A program made the position numbers and the translations under genes. The notes beneath the pieces are model-generated. The model was given only the letters and a program-made list of their open reading frames with translations. It made no database searches and had not been told where the DNA came from. DNA of 64,000 bases, taken from NCBI GenBank assembly GCA_022813965.1, contig JALDZS010000129.1, forward strand, positions 1-64,000, in the 5' to 3' direction. This document shows positions 23,157 to 35,465 of the stretch, piece by piece; position 1 is the first letter of the stretch, and each line of letters begins with the position of its first letter. The stretch comes from Toensbergia leucococca. Lineage: Eukaryota.

Positions 23157-25718
23157 ATGGAGGATGTTCCGCCTTCATATGAGACTGCGATAACTTGTGA
23201 TTACTGGGCTTTGGTTGCTCACTATATACCATCTAGTGACCTCTGTGCCGCTTCTTTGGTTTCACGTCGATGGCATCAGATATTCTCACCTTGCCTTTGG
23301 GGTATGTTTCATTCTAGCACCTAGGGAGCAGTCTGAGTCTGAATCACTGACAGAGTCAAGGAAATCCTGCTTCCCACTTCGGCACTGAAAATGATAGGGT
23401 GTATGGTGAGCACTTCGACTGTAGTAATAGATATCTACTGATGCCTTTCAGTGGCACTGACTAGATTCAAGCGCACTCTCCAAAGAGCTCGCCTGAGCGT
23501 TAGACAACTTACCCATACACTTCATCTTCCACCCGCCCAATCCGAGATCTATGACGGCCCCCATTCTAATTGGCTAAGGGATATCCTAGAAAAGCTTCCG
23601 AATTTGCAATCTCTTGTTGTGTCGCAACTACCCTTTTTCGATCACCATGCCCTTGTCAATCTCCGTTACTACAGCAATAGCCAGCGTCCTTCAATTGGAT
23701 CATCGCATCCTGCATTCTCTCTTAGGCTTCTTAATGCATCTGATTGTCCGAATACTACTTCTACCAGCTTGGCCGACGCCTTGACTCATTTTCCCAGTCT
23801 AGTTTTTCTCGACTTGTCAAGCACAATGACTGCGAGAGATAAGATGGTCTTATCGAATTTACGGCATCTATCTGACCTGCAGGTGCTGAAAATGCGTAAG
23901 ACAAACCTCAGAGACATTGATATTGATATCCTGGCCGACGCTGTGGGGATTAGAGTTCGTAGTCTTGATATTCGGGGTAATTTCCTTACAGACAAGAGTG
24001 TTCGAACTCTTCTCAACAATTGCTTCCTCTCTAGCGATGACAATGACAGATTAATGGATGCTCGTGGTCACTCTCTGCCAGATCTTGTGGTTGAGGACTG
24101 GCCTCTCGGAATCATCCGCCCTGATCCTCACCTTTTAGATGAATTTCGAGGTGAAGATTTTAATGATCTACTGGTTAAGAGACTGACCAAAGGCATCGTG
24201 AGCAGACTGCCTTGCGAGGACCTACCCCAATCTGGCATAACTCATCTCTACATAGCAGACAACCATTTAACAGTGGAAAGCTTGTCTAGTCTGGTCAAAT
24301 CTGAGAGGCTACATGTCTTAGACGCTGGTGTGGTAAATACCGCGAAGGTTCTTGCCAGACCTCGTGCTGTATCTTTGTCTTCAATGGGTTCAAAAGACCG
24401 CGAAATAGCACTGCCTGGAGTGGAAAAGCTCACTCCTGTCCTCAAGGCACATGCGTCCAGAAATCTTACATATCTGCGAATGAGTCACGTGGTGGTTACT
24501 CAGAAAGCACCATCTCTTGGAAAGCAGCCCCCTTCAGCAGCCCATGAGCTAAGTTCTGATAATCAAAAATTCGAGCTTGACGCAACAGAACCCGTCTTCG
24601 AGTTGGCAGCCGAAGCATCCAATCCTCGGTACGAGCTGCCTGGCGATTCGATTCATGTCGTTTTATCTCCTGCTATAAATGAAAAGCCTTCATTGAGCTT
24701 CGAAGAACAAAGCCGTGCATACGTCAGACGTGGCAGTGCTTTCGCTCCTGAGGCTGTAAATCTTGATGAGAGCGAAGACGACCAGACTCCGGTTCTCACA
24801 GCGACAGGCTTAGGACGAATGGCTCAAGCCATCAATGGTATTAACAGTCCGACAGATGCTGAGCCAATTGGTTTGATAGCACAGAAGCCATTAGCAATCA
24901 ATGAAGTCCCGGAGCTTAGTATTACGCTCATCGAGGAGCAGCGGCGAGCCCTACGTTCACGTATGCGTGAGAGACATGGCCTCTTGCCAGGAATGCTTCC
25001 GAATCTTCGTACGCTTGTATTGGTCGGTGTTCCATGCTATGACGATTCCTACCGCGTCATCGATACTTTGATACACTTCATACGGGATTGCGCCGCAGAA
25101 ACCGAATTAGCAGATATTCAGGCCTCTTTGCAGCCAAAGATTCTCCATTTACCAGGAAGAACACAATCAACACAGTCCGGGAGGCTATCGGAGATCTTTG
25201 CCCTGAGATGTATTGTGCTAGAAATGGCTCCCCCAAATTCCTCATTGAGACGTGAAACCAACTTTACCCCGCAAGCCTCGAAGTTTGCTCATAGAACCAA
25301 ATCATCGACGGAGGACATGGATAGTGAGGCCTTCTGGTCTGCGTCGACCAATGACTTCTCTTTCTTTGATAAAGAGGAGGAATGTGGATTACCAGCTAAG
25401 GAACCTATTTTGCATTTCCCGCTCTCTACTTTATCAGAAAAGATGGCATTATCCGTCAATAGCCTGGAGTCCGAATCCGCTCCGATCCTACAGCAATCAA
25501 GGAACGGAGAGAATGAAGTAGATGTAGTTAAAGAGTTGTCAAAATTTCGGAGAGGTAGGAAGGCGGCATATGAGAATGCAATCAAGGCGGGGAGAAAACA
25601 TGCAGAGGGCTACTGGTCAGGCGAGGTCAAGATAGTTCGATGGCAGGGTGGAGATGGGTATCGTCATGGTAGTGTGGCTTGCTACGGAAATGTCTACGAA
25701 AATGGAATGTATCGATGA
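23157..25718 (+). CDS. F-box-like/leucine-rich repeat protein, 3 exons
   Basis: Exon 1 MEDVPPSYETA..DLCAASLVSRRWHQIF, exon 2 GNPASHFGTENDRVY, LRRs LPNLQSLVV, FPSLVFLDLS, VRSLDIRGNFL. Confidence 0.85.
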
Positions 25719-26199
25719 CTTCCCGTCTATGAACGCACCCCGAGTCTCGTTGTTTCAAGGGATCAGAGCATTCTATTGTGTTTCCTCAGTGGCTGCGTAC
25801 CTGAATCGGAGGATTCAGGCCATCTAAGACATGTCACAGCGGACTGGCCATCAAACCTTTAAAGTTGGTATCAGGAGTGACTGAATGGAGTTACTTTGAC
25901 TTGCAGTGGGCTTACGAAAGGGAAAAACTACAATTACGAAAAGAAGTTGTGAAGAGATCTATGCCAAATGATTCTTGAGTCGAATTTTGTTTGACGGGAA
26001 AAGTGTAATCGAGCAGTCGAAAGGTTTGAACTCGGTTTCTATGCGTATTCAATCAGGCGACACCGCTGACGACTTCTGCAGACCTGGAATGGCTATCAAC
26101 TGGCCACAAGCTGGGTATTCTTGGGGCAGATATGGGTACCTTGCACACAGATACGGCACTTTCCTTTGGCTTCGTCAACCCTCGAATATTGAAGATTTG

Positions 26200-27060
26200 A
26201 AGTACCTAAGCTGCTTACATTAGGAGAAGGAAATCTGAAGGGTTCATCTAAATGCTTCTAAACAAACATGTCTTCAAGTAACATATCTGCAAATGATGAC
26301 ACCCTGGACAATTGAGACAATGAATCAACTTTAGAAAGATTCAATGAAACTCAATTCAAAAGGCTACCTTTGAATACTTTGACACCGTGACACTCACTGA
26401 AGAGATAGTGTTTCTCTAAGGTAACAAGAAATTGTTCATACTGAGAACATGTTTCATTCATCTGAAACAGGGGCTACTAATACAATGATAGCCCTGATCA
26501 ATATATTGACAACTCTTCTCTCTTCTTTCACTCTAAGTGAGCATTATATTAATGTGTTTCATTCTTAAGACACTCACCTTATAACTCATCACTCTTTATC
26601 TTTGTCTTCTATCTCATCACTGTCATGAACCTCACTTCACTCACTGCCCTGTTAGGTGTGAGGTAACATGTCACTCAAGAAACCCTTTTTAGAAATACCT
26701 CACTTCTTAAAGATGTGCAGTGACATAACTTCACCTTGAAATAAAGAAGTTAGATGTTGTAGATACTGTATATCTTTGATATGATCATGATGAAAGGGGT
26801 TGAGCCTTTATGAGTAGAAAGAGATAACATTAGTTGTTTCTTTTTTGTTGTGTGGGTTGAGCTGGGGGTTTGAAGAGAGGGTTGAAGATAGCTCATAAGG
26901 AGTCAGAACATAAATTAGGTTGTGAATCTAAGGGGTGACAGCGTGAGCGGATGGGAAGGAGTCAGTAAGGTGAAGAAGCTTGAGAGAGTGAAAGAGTAAG
27001 GAGCTGAAGAAAGAAGGTGAAATTAGATGCTGGAAAAAGGCTGTCGCAATTCGGATAGGT
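26200..27060. other. CpG-depleted decayed sequence (relic gene or TE)
   Basis: Near absence of CG, no ORF; boundaries approximate. Confidence 0.5.
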
Positions 27061-27320
27061 GAGGAATTATCTCAGGCCTTCAGATGGTAGTCATTCTTCA
27101 GCGCAATAAAGGAGGCAGGCGCTATGCAATGAAGGTGAAGAAATGGAGCCACAAAATGATGAAAATTTAAAATCTTTTTGTCTGATGTTGCGCCCTGGTG
27201 GAGCTGTGAAGAAAGTGAGGGTCAATGTAAGAAGAAAGGACATATAATCATTACCAAACCACTCAAGAATGTTATCCATAAAATACATGTACCTAGGCCC
27301 CAATCCGCATGAACCCATCA

Positions 27321-28005
27321 CTACTTCTGGACATCCGGCTCATCATCACCTAGACTCCCACTACTTGGTGTCACACCAGCTTCCCCGTTGACACTATCTT
27401 CAGCTTCCATGGCATCCCAGGCGTCCCCCTCATCTTCCACAATCCCAATTTCCTGCCCGCTCCCTCCGCCTTCCCCCAATTCTAGATCCACTCCTTCCTG
27501 CGGTACAGCTCCATACCCTTTTCTTTTTCTCCGTCGATCCAGCATGCGCTTATGATACCAGGAGCATATGCCTAACGCTAGAAGAGATCCAACCATATTG
27601 GCGACAATGTCAAGAGGATCGAACACACGGTCATTGGGGAAAACAGCTTGTAGAATCTCAGAGCCGAGGCCAAGAATTAGGGTTACGACTAGGAGGGTGA
27701 GGTTGAGGGCACGGCGGCGAGAGGCGTCGAGGATCCAATAGAAAGAGAGCTGGGATGATCGTGTTAGTTGGTCGTTTTCGAGGGATGAGGAAAGTGGGAG
27801 ATACAGTAAGGACGAAGAAGGTGATGAAGTGGAGGATTTTATCGTTTATGGCGGATATTCGGACGGAGGTCAGGCCGAGATAGCCGGCGAGGAGAAGCAG
27901 GAGGAGGAAAGCGCCTGGACATGGATTAGGATTAGGAACTCGGGTGGGGGGAGTGCGAAATGGGAAGAGCTGTCTCTTACTTGCAAAGGGAATTCGGATA
28001 TGCAT
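27321..28005 (-). CDS. VanZ-like family membrane protein, 3 exons
   Basis: MHIRIPFA, INDKILHFITFFVLT, FYWILD, GSEILQ, RVFDPLDIVANMVGS. Confidence 0.85.
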
Positions 28006-28502
28006 TGTTGGCGGAATAGATCAGATGATGATTTGGCGCAGGGAGTCATGAGCGTAGTCTCGCCATGTCGACGATGATGGCAACGATAGAATCATCGAAC
28101 GGATCGTGTGAGCAATCAAGAGTCCAAGGTTGTTTGTACGGATACGGAGGAGGTTGTAAGCTTCTTGGTACCTTGCGCAACAGGACGTCTCAGTCTGCCG
28201 TAGTTCTACTCCGTAGAATAGAATAGCGGCGCCTTTGGGCTCTGAATGGTACTCCGTATCCGTAGTGGTGGAGGCGTGATGCACAACCTCAACCTCAGCA
28301 AAGGTACCAATCACGCTCAACTTTGCCATCGACCAGCTCCTTAATTCCATCGAATTTGGTCCACAAACTCGATCCTCTCAACTGTCCAGCATGCGACCTA
28401 TCGCTCAATGTCCATTTTACTGACACGCGACCCACCACCCACGCTCACGGGCAACTGTCCGTACCCCTGTCGTTGGCAGGAGGGGATGATGAGAGACCAG
28501 AG

Positions 28503-31500
28503 ATGTCGCAGCCAGGAAACTTCATCAATCCCACACACTCAAATCTCCACCGCGCCCTTGGTGACGCCCTGCAAGTCAACGGCTACTCGAGAACTCCGAA
28601 TGGCTTCTCCACCCCTGCCAATCTGTCCCATGTGGGCAACATAACCGACGGAGAACTTGGTGCTGATGAAGACTCGAAACTATCAGCCTTCAAGGGCATA
28701 TTCGTGCGGACCGAGGCCAAAATATGCGCACTGTTTCGCGAGAACGAAGAAAAGACGGGGGGAGAATCTACAATCGCAGAGGATGGATTAGAACAGCAGA
28801 ATGGAGAATCTTCAGCCGAGACACAACCCCAAGCCTCGTCATCGCCAAAGAAGCTTGCCAGAAAAATTGACGAGGACGATTATGACGACTCTGAAGAGTC
28901 TGACGAGGGTGATAATCCCATCATATCACCTCTCAAATCAAAAAGCACCGGTACTTCGATCATTCCCAAATTGCCCTTGCCTGTCACCCTGCCAGGGATC
29001 CCCACAAGTCTGGTACCACCTTCCAAAGACGCCTCTTCTTCAACATCAGGTAAAACGTCAGAGGATGTGCGTAAAAGACTCGAGGAGGACAAGAAAGCGA
29101 CTGAAGATGCTGCAAAGCGTAGCTTCCATACCATGTTCTACACGCTCGAGAACGACAGGGACGCAATGTCGGATCAGAAAAAGCTTGAAGAGTCCGACCG
29201 CCAAGTTGACGTTGAGATGTCTGGCAATGGTAGCCGGGAAAGTAGCTCTATCAATGTCGCTTCTGGCGCAACCCAGCAAGGGACCCTTAGCCAAGCCAAC
29301 CTGGGAGCATCGAGTCTGACGCTTAAACATCTGATCGCTCGAATTGATGCTAAAAGGGATCAGGTACGAGCATCCGATGCGGAGCTAAGGAGTCTGATGA
29401 GCGAGGTGCGGAAGAATAGGAGTAAATGGGCTAGTGAGGATCGAGTGGGGCAGGAAGAGCTATACGAGGCTGCGGAAAAGGTTCTGAGTGAACTCAAAGC
29501 TATGACTGAGCATTCTACCGCTTTTCTCACCAGAGTCAACAAACGGGAGGCACCTGATTATTACAATGGTACATTTTACGTGATTGGCTTTATGAATTTG
29601 CAAGCTGACATTGCTGATCCTAGTAATCAAACATCCCATGGACCTTGGGACTATGACGAAAAAGCTCAAGGCCGTCCAGTACAAGTCAAAGCATGATTTC
29701 GTTGATGACCTGAACCTAATCTGGGCCAATTGCTTGAAGTACAATGCCAACCCAGAACACTTTCTCCGCCGTCACGCTCTGTTCATGCGCAAGGAGACAG
29801 AGAAACTTGTGCCATTGATACCTGTCATCATTATCAGAGACCGTGCCGATGTCGAAGCTGAAGAGCGCCGGCTCCAGAATGGTGATGCTGATATTGATGG
29901 TGGCGAAGACAGCGACGACGAGCCTATCATAGCTTCAAGAGGCCGCAAAGCACCGGGGAAAAAGGCAAAGAAAGGATCAACCGCTCGCAAAGCTCCGGTT
30001 GGTGCACTAGAAGGCTCGCCTGCTGTTGAACCCAAACCAGTAGCAAACGGATTAAGTACAAATCTGAAACATGAATACCTCAGAGCGGATTCTGATACTG
30101 CCATGGAGGGAAGTCAGAACGGTATGGCTACTCCTCCGCCTGGAATGATTACTCCCGCAGGTGTCAACGGTATATTTGGTCATGGAGCATCGAGCAGTCA
30201 GCCTGATATCATGGACGTTGACGGCTTTGATTCTGCTAGTAACGCTGTCAATGGACATGGCTCTGGTCAGGTAACGAACGGTAATGTTGAGGAAGTCGAG
30301 TACGAGGACCTTGAATTCAAAACCTGGAAGCAGGTTACAAAGAGAGATCGTGCACTCGTCGCTGCAGAACGTCATCGTCTGTTCAAGGGCGATCGTCTCG
30401 CTCCCGATGAGCCAGCACTTTTGCGCAAAAAACTGGGTATGAGACGATGGCTGCGAAAGCAGAAGCAAGCTGCTATAGAGAATGACCTAGGGAAGCGGAA
30501 AGCAGATGCCGAAGTTTTGGAAAGCGAAGAGGCAGGACAAAGTGGGGAGACATTGGCTGAGGGCATGGAGGGAGATGAGGAAAGAGTATTGCCAGACTAC
30601 TATGACACCTTAGCTGCCATGCCTGAACTTTCAGATCGATTGCGATGGATTGAGGATGCAGAGGGACAGATCCAAGATGCTACTGACGAATTTTTACGTG
30701 TTGTGCCAAAAGGGCTTTTCGTATCGCCCGAGAGTAGCTTGACGAAGAAACTGGAAGGCAACATGAAACAGATGCAAGATACAAGGAAGATATGCTCGAA
30801 GATTGGGGTGGTTAAACAGATGCAGTTGCAGTCGCATGTAAGAAAATCACACGTCTCCCTATGAACTTCAGCACTAAGATTTCTGCAGATGTATCAGAAC
30901 CAGTTCCAGAAGTACGAACCAGAACGCTTTGTGGAGCACGACATTGAGCCTCATGTCATGTCTGATGATGGCCCCGTGATGTCACCATGGGCCTGTCGAG
31001 CTGCACTTCAACGTTCCGTCAGCAAAATCTTCTTTCACGCCGGCTTTGACGAATGTCAGCCATCAGCGCTTGAGACAATTACTGATATAGCCGGCGACTT
31101 CTTCACCAAGCTGAGCCGTACCCTTGGCGATTTCAAACAAGCTCCGAAAATTCCAATTCTGACTCCTGTGCATGGGAGCACTGGGGAATCGGAAATTACA
31201 TGGAAAGACAGGTTCACAATGGAAGAAATCATTCTTCACTCCCTTCATGAAAACGGCTCTGACATTGAGGCTCTTGAGAATTACGTCAAAGACGACGTGG
31301 AACGCCTGGGGACAAAGCTAAGCGTCATGCATGAACGAATGAAATCCCACCTCGCAGATCTTCTCCGTCCTGCTCTTAGCGACGCTGGGCCTGACGGTTC
31401 CTACGCTTTTAACGACGGAAGCGAGCAATTTGTCGGCGGTGATTTCGCGGAAGACCTTGACGAGGACTTCTTCGGATTTAAAGAACTCGGCCTCGATAAG

Positions 31501-32106
31501 GAGTTCGGCCTAGCATCCCTCAGCGTGCCATTGCACCTCCTCCAAAACCGTATGCATGTCGCCAACCAAGCCCAAAACCCCAAGTAAGCCCTCCTCTCCC
31601 ACCCCCAACCCGATCCTCAAACTGACAAGTAATCCAACAGCCCCACATCCACGCTTCCATCCTCCCTGGCCCCTCTTCCTCCTCTCCCGCCCCTGACGAT
31701 TGAATCCCTCCCCCACCATATCGGCCTCATCCAAAACTTTTTCCTTGCAAAACTGCACGCCAATAACGACAACCCCCTGCAAGAAGACGACGACCTTCCC
31801 CAGAAACACCGGCTCCCCAAACCGCGCCTCCCGCCTAGCGGCAAGATCAGCAGCCCACGAAAGCGACCGCAGAGGGAACCAGGGCCGGGAAAAGGCCATC
31901 CGAGGAAGAAAATGAAGTTGGGGAACGAGGAGGGGGGGGGGAAGGGTGGTGGTGCTGCTGCTGCTGGAAAGGTCAAGGGCGGGGTGGGTATGGAGAGGAT
32001 GGAGAGTGCGCGGAGTAGGGATGAGGGGGTTGAGGAGGAAGCGGGGAAGGAGAAGAGAGGTGAGGTGGGAGGGATGATGTCGCCGGAGAGTTTGGAGGCT
32101 ACATGA
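28503..32106 (+). CDS. SPT7: SAGA complex bromodomain subunit Spt7, 4 exons; start codon uncertain
   Basis: [21 protein letters not shown], bromodomain [34 protein letters not shown], histone-fold region, [17 protein letters not shown]. Confidence 0.93.
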
Positions 32107-32134
32107 TGATGACGACGATGATGATGATGATGAT
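32103..32134. repeat. (GAT/GAC)n trinucleotide tract at the SPT7 stop
   Basis: Seen directly. Confidence 0.8.
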
Positions 32135-32794
32135 GGGGGAGGGGGGGGCTCGAGGGATGCACCCATCTTTTGCTTTTTCTCGTCTAGGTTTCCGGTCCTA
32201 GTCCTAGTCCTGGTTTCTGGGTTTCCTGCGCTAGGATATTTATCGGGCGCTCCCTCCCCCCCCCCAACCCCCTTTGAGTTTTTTTTTCACGTACATAAAC
32301 CCCCCCTCCCGGCACCCCCTTTTTGTTGGTGGTTTTCTGTAGTTTTTTTAGTTTTTTTTTCATGGCGTTTTTTATGGGGAATTGTTGGGATGGGGGGGGT
32401 TGTAGATATGGGGGTTCATGGGCAGCGAAAGGAAAGGGGGGAAGGGATGAAGTTTGTTAGGTACCTAGGCGAAAGAAAGACGTTTTGCCGTGGGGACCTG
32501 AGCGAAGGTCAATGGAGTGAAAGGCGAGGGAGGGGAAGGAGGAGTTCTTCGTGGCTTTTGTCGTTAGCTACCTTAGATGAGCACTACGCATCACATCATG
32601 AACATGCCGAGGATCCATAGTTGCAGATTTTTCCAAAATAGAACGAGAACGAGAACGGGTTGCTCTCTTGCGGCAAAGGACCCTGGAATTTCCACACCAG
32701 AGACGCTCGGTTCTTCTAGGGCTCAGGTCAAGGTATCATCGTGCACAATTTCTCCCATCCAATCCGCCTCTCCAAGTACACCCCTCCCCCATCC

Positions 32795-34764
32795 CTACCT
32801 CCTCGGCATTCCTCTTCCCCTTCCCCTCAAGGCCCGCTGAGCCGCACCAGGAGGTAAACCTCGCTGGGGGCCTTGAGGCTGCTCGCTTGGCTCATTTTCT
32901 GCAAACAAAAGGGCATCAGTTACTGCCCACCTTTCCTGCTGCTCGAACAAATACTAAAACTTACTGATGGTCTCATCCACGCTCAGAATCAAACAACTCG
33001 CCTCCGTAGCGGCCTGGATGGCATTCACCTTGACCAAACTGGGCTCCCACACAAACGCCTCCATATTATTCCTCACGCCCTCATTGTCAAAGTCGACGCC
33101 GGCCCAGATGTTCCCCTTGCGGTGCTCGACGCGCAGGCGGTTGAGGATGTCGGTGGCGTCGAAGCCGGCGTTGTCGCAGAGTTGCCGGGGGATGATTTCG
33201 AGGGCTTTGGCGAAGGATTTGATGATGGCTTGTTGTTTGTGCGGGATGTTCTTGTCGGCGTATTTGTGGAGGTAGGCGGACACTTCCATCTGTGAGTGGG
33301 GCAAAGGGGGTTGACTTTAGTCTACTAAACCAAACTGCTATTGTAGAGGTGGGAAAGGGGGCTTCGTACCTCGCATGCACCGCCTCCAGCTACGATGCTG
33401 TGATTTCGGATTGCGCGCTTAACAATCATGATGGCGTCGTGAAGACTACGCTCTACTTCTGCAATGAATTGCTCGGCTCCTCCCCTTAAAACAAGCGTGC
33501 ACGTCTTGGCGGCAGGACAGCCTTCGAAGAAATTGAATCTCTCGCCGCCAATCTGTCGTTCTTCGAATCGACCGCATGTACCTAGGTGCTGTGGTTGAAT
33601 ATCAGAACATGTCGAAGAGATGCTACCGCCGGTTGCTTGCACGACTCGCTCGAGGTCATCGGAAGAGACTCGGCCGGCGCAAAAGACATCACGGTCCGCA
33701 AAGTATCTGTGTCATGATCAGTTATTTCTAATGGAGATTCATCCCTTCAAAGACGTACTGCGTAGCTAAATCACCTATTGGCAATTTGCTCAATACGACC
33801 TTGGCACCCGTCTTATACAAGGCCTCCATCTTATTGTAAATAATCTGCCACTCTGCATCTACAATGGCCTGATACTCCGAGACCTGATCCACTCTGACCT
33901 CGGCGTTGTCTTTTTCGCTCTTCAATTCCAGCTCCACATTCAGACATACAATCTTGGGATTCTTAAAACTCTTCGGTTGCTGCTCGAACCCGGCGTATGA
34001 GAAAGTCTTTTTGAAGGCTACGCCGTTGACGAATATTGAATCCTGCAATGCACCGCCGGTAATTTTTTTGATACCTATAAGCTTATCATTGAGATCATCT
34101 TGATCCAGTGAGAGCACAGCGTCAACAACCACTAGCATATTGTTAACATCTGATGTATTCCATGGAAGTAATAACTCACTCTTGGTGAAAAAGTCGGCAT
34201 TCCGATGTATCAATTTACTACTCATGGCGGTAGCTGCCAAGCGCCTCAAAGTGTCTCTCTTGCTTCCCTCAGTCGTGTTCACAGCAATTTCCTTGATTTT
34301 ATTGACGGCCATGGCTGAAGCTCTCCTGAGCCCTTTGATAATTGTCTGTGAACTGACACCCTGCTCAACATGATCTTTGATCTCTTTCAGTATTTCCCCG
34401 GCCAATACTACCACGGAGGTTGTTCCATCCCCGACTTCAGCATCTTGTGAACGGGCAATGTCGGTGAGGATGCGGGCGGCAGGGTGGACAATTTCAAGGA
34501 GCTATTCTGTGACATCAGATATGGCAGTAGATGTATGTGGTGTCTCTATACCTTCATGACAGTAGCTCCATCGTTTGTGATGGTCTGCCTTCCATTTGCG
34601 TCGACCAGTAATAGATCTCCTCCATAGGGGCCCAAGGTGCTTCGGATGGTTGACTGAACGGCTAAGCAAGCCTGAATATTGGATATGATCTGACCTTTAC
34701 CCTGAGACGAATCGGTACCCTCTTTCAGCACTATGATGGTGGGAGTCTGGCCTCCAAAGGACAT
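32795..34764 (-). CDS. CCT7: T-complex protein 1 subunit eta
   Basis: [59 protein letters not shown]-terminus [10 protein letters not shown]. Confidence 0.96.
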
Positions 34765-34966
34765 GGTTGTAGAGTTTCCGTTCGCAATTAGGATATGCGG
34801 TGTGGGGTTGTTCTAGACGTTCTTTGATTGTCTTTTGCGATGTAACTTGTGGTTTTGTTTCATGTATCTCTCTTCTTATCAAAGTAAAAGTTGGTTATCT
34901 GTATAAAATAATTTATGTCATAGATTTTTCAAGGCTCCAAAATATGAAGCTCTCCCGAATTCGCAA

Positions 34967-35000
34967 ACGCGTCTACGCGAAAATCACTCGGCCAATCAGA
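34967..35000. promoter_or_regulatory. ACGCGT, ACGCGAAA and CCAATCAG motifs upstream of CCT7
   Basis: Motifs seen about 200 bp upstream of the ATG; function inferred. Confidence 0.35.
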
Positions 35001-35465
35001 TGGGTTGAAATCCATTGTCTAGTATTATTAATATTCTATCTTTCCTCTTATCTCATTCCACCAGCACCGAATTGAGATCGAAACATATGCTAGTTCAAAT
35101 GCTGGTTCAAATGCTTTTCAATCAAGTACAAGTGCAAGTGGTCCATCATGTATTCTTTCCAGAAAAATGAACTCGAACTTCCCGCAACGTCATGTCGGTT
35201 TTGATCTTCTCTATCAAGAGACAAAAAAGATCCGCCATTGTTTTGTTGTAGTGTCTAGAACTGCAAGACAATGTTGTGACAGATGCTGGTGCCCACATGG
35301 GGCTGCAGCATTATGCTCTCAATATCAATCCTCCCTCATAAAGAAACCCGCTAAATTGCAAGTAATTGATCCTCTCTAGACTCGCCCAACCCAAAGTATC
35401 CCAAAATGATCCCGTCAATTCATTCTGCATACCTCATGAACACCCGTCCCGTGGAACTCCTCAAA

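Noticed and set aside
1..27060. Starship giant transposon or secondary-metabolite cluster
   Set aside because: No DUF3435 tyrosine recombinase and no PKS, NRPS or terpene synthase in the window; an element extending beyond the left edge cannot be excluded
31510..32166. Minus-strand poly-His and poly-Ser ORFs (181 and 218 aa)
   Set aside because: Produced by the (GAT)n tract and G-runs antisense to the last SPT7 exon
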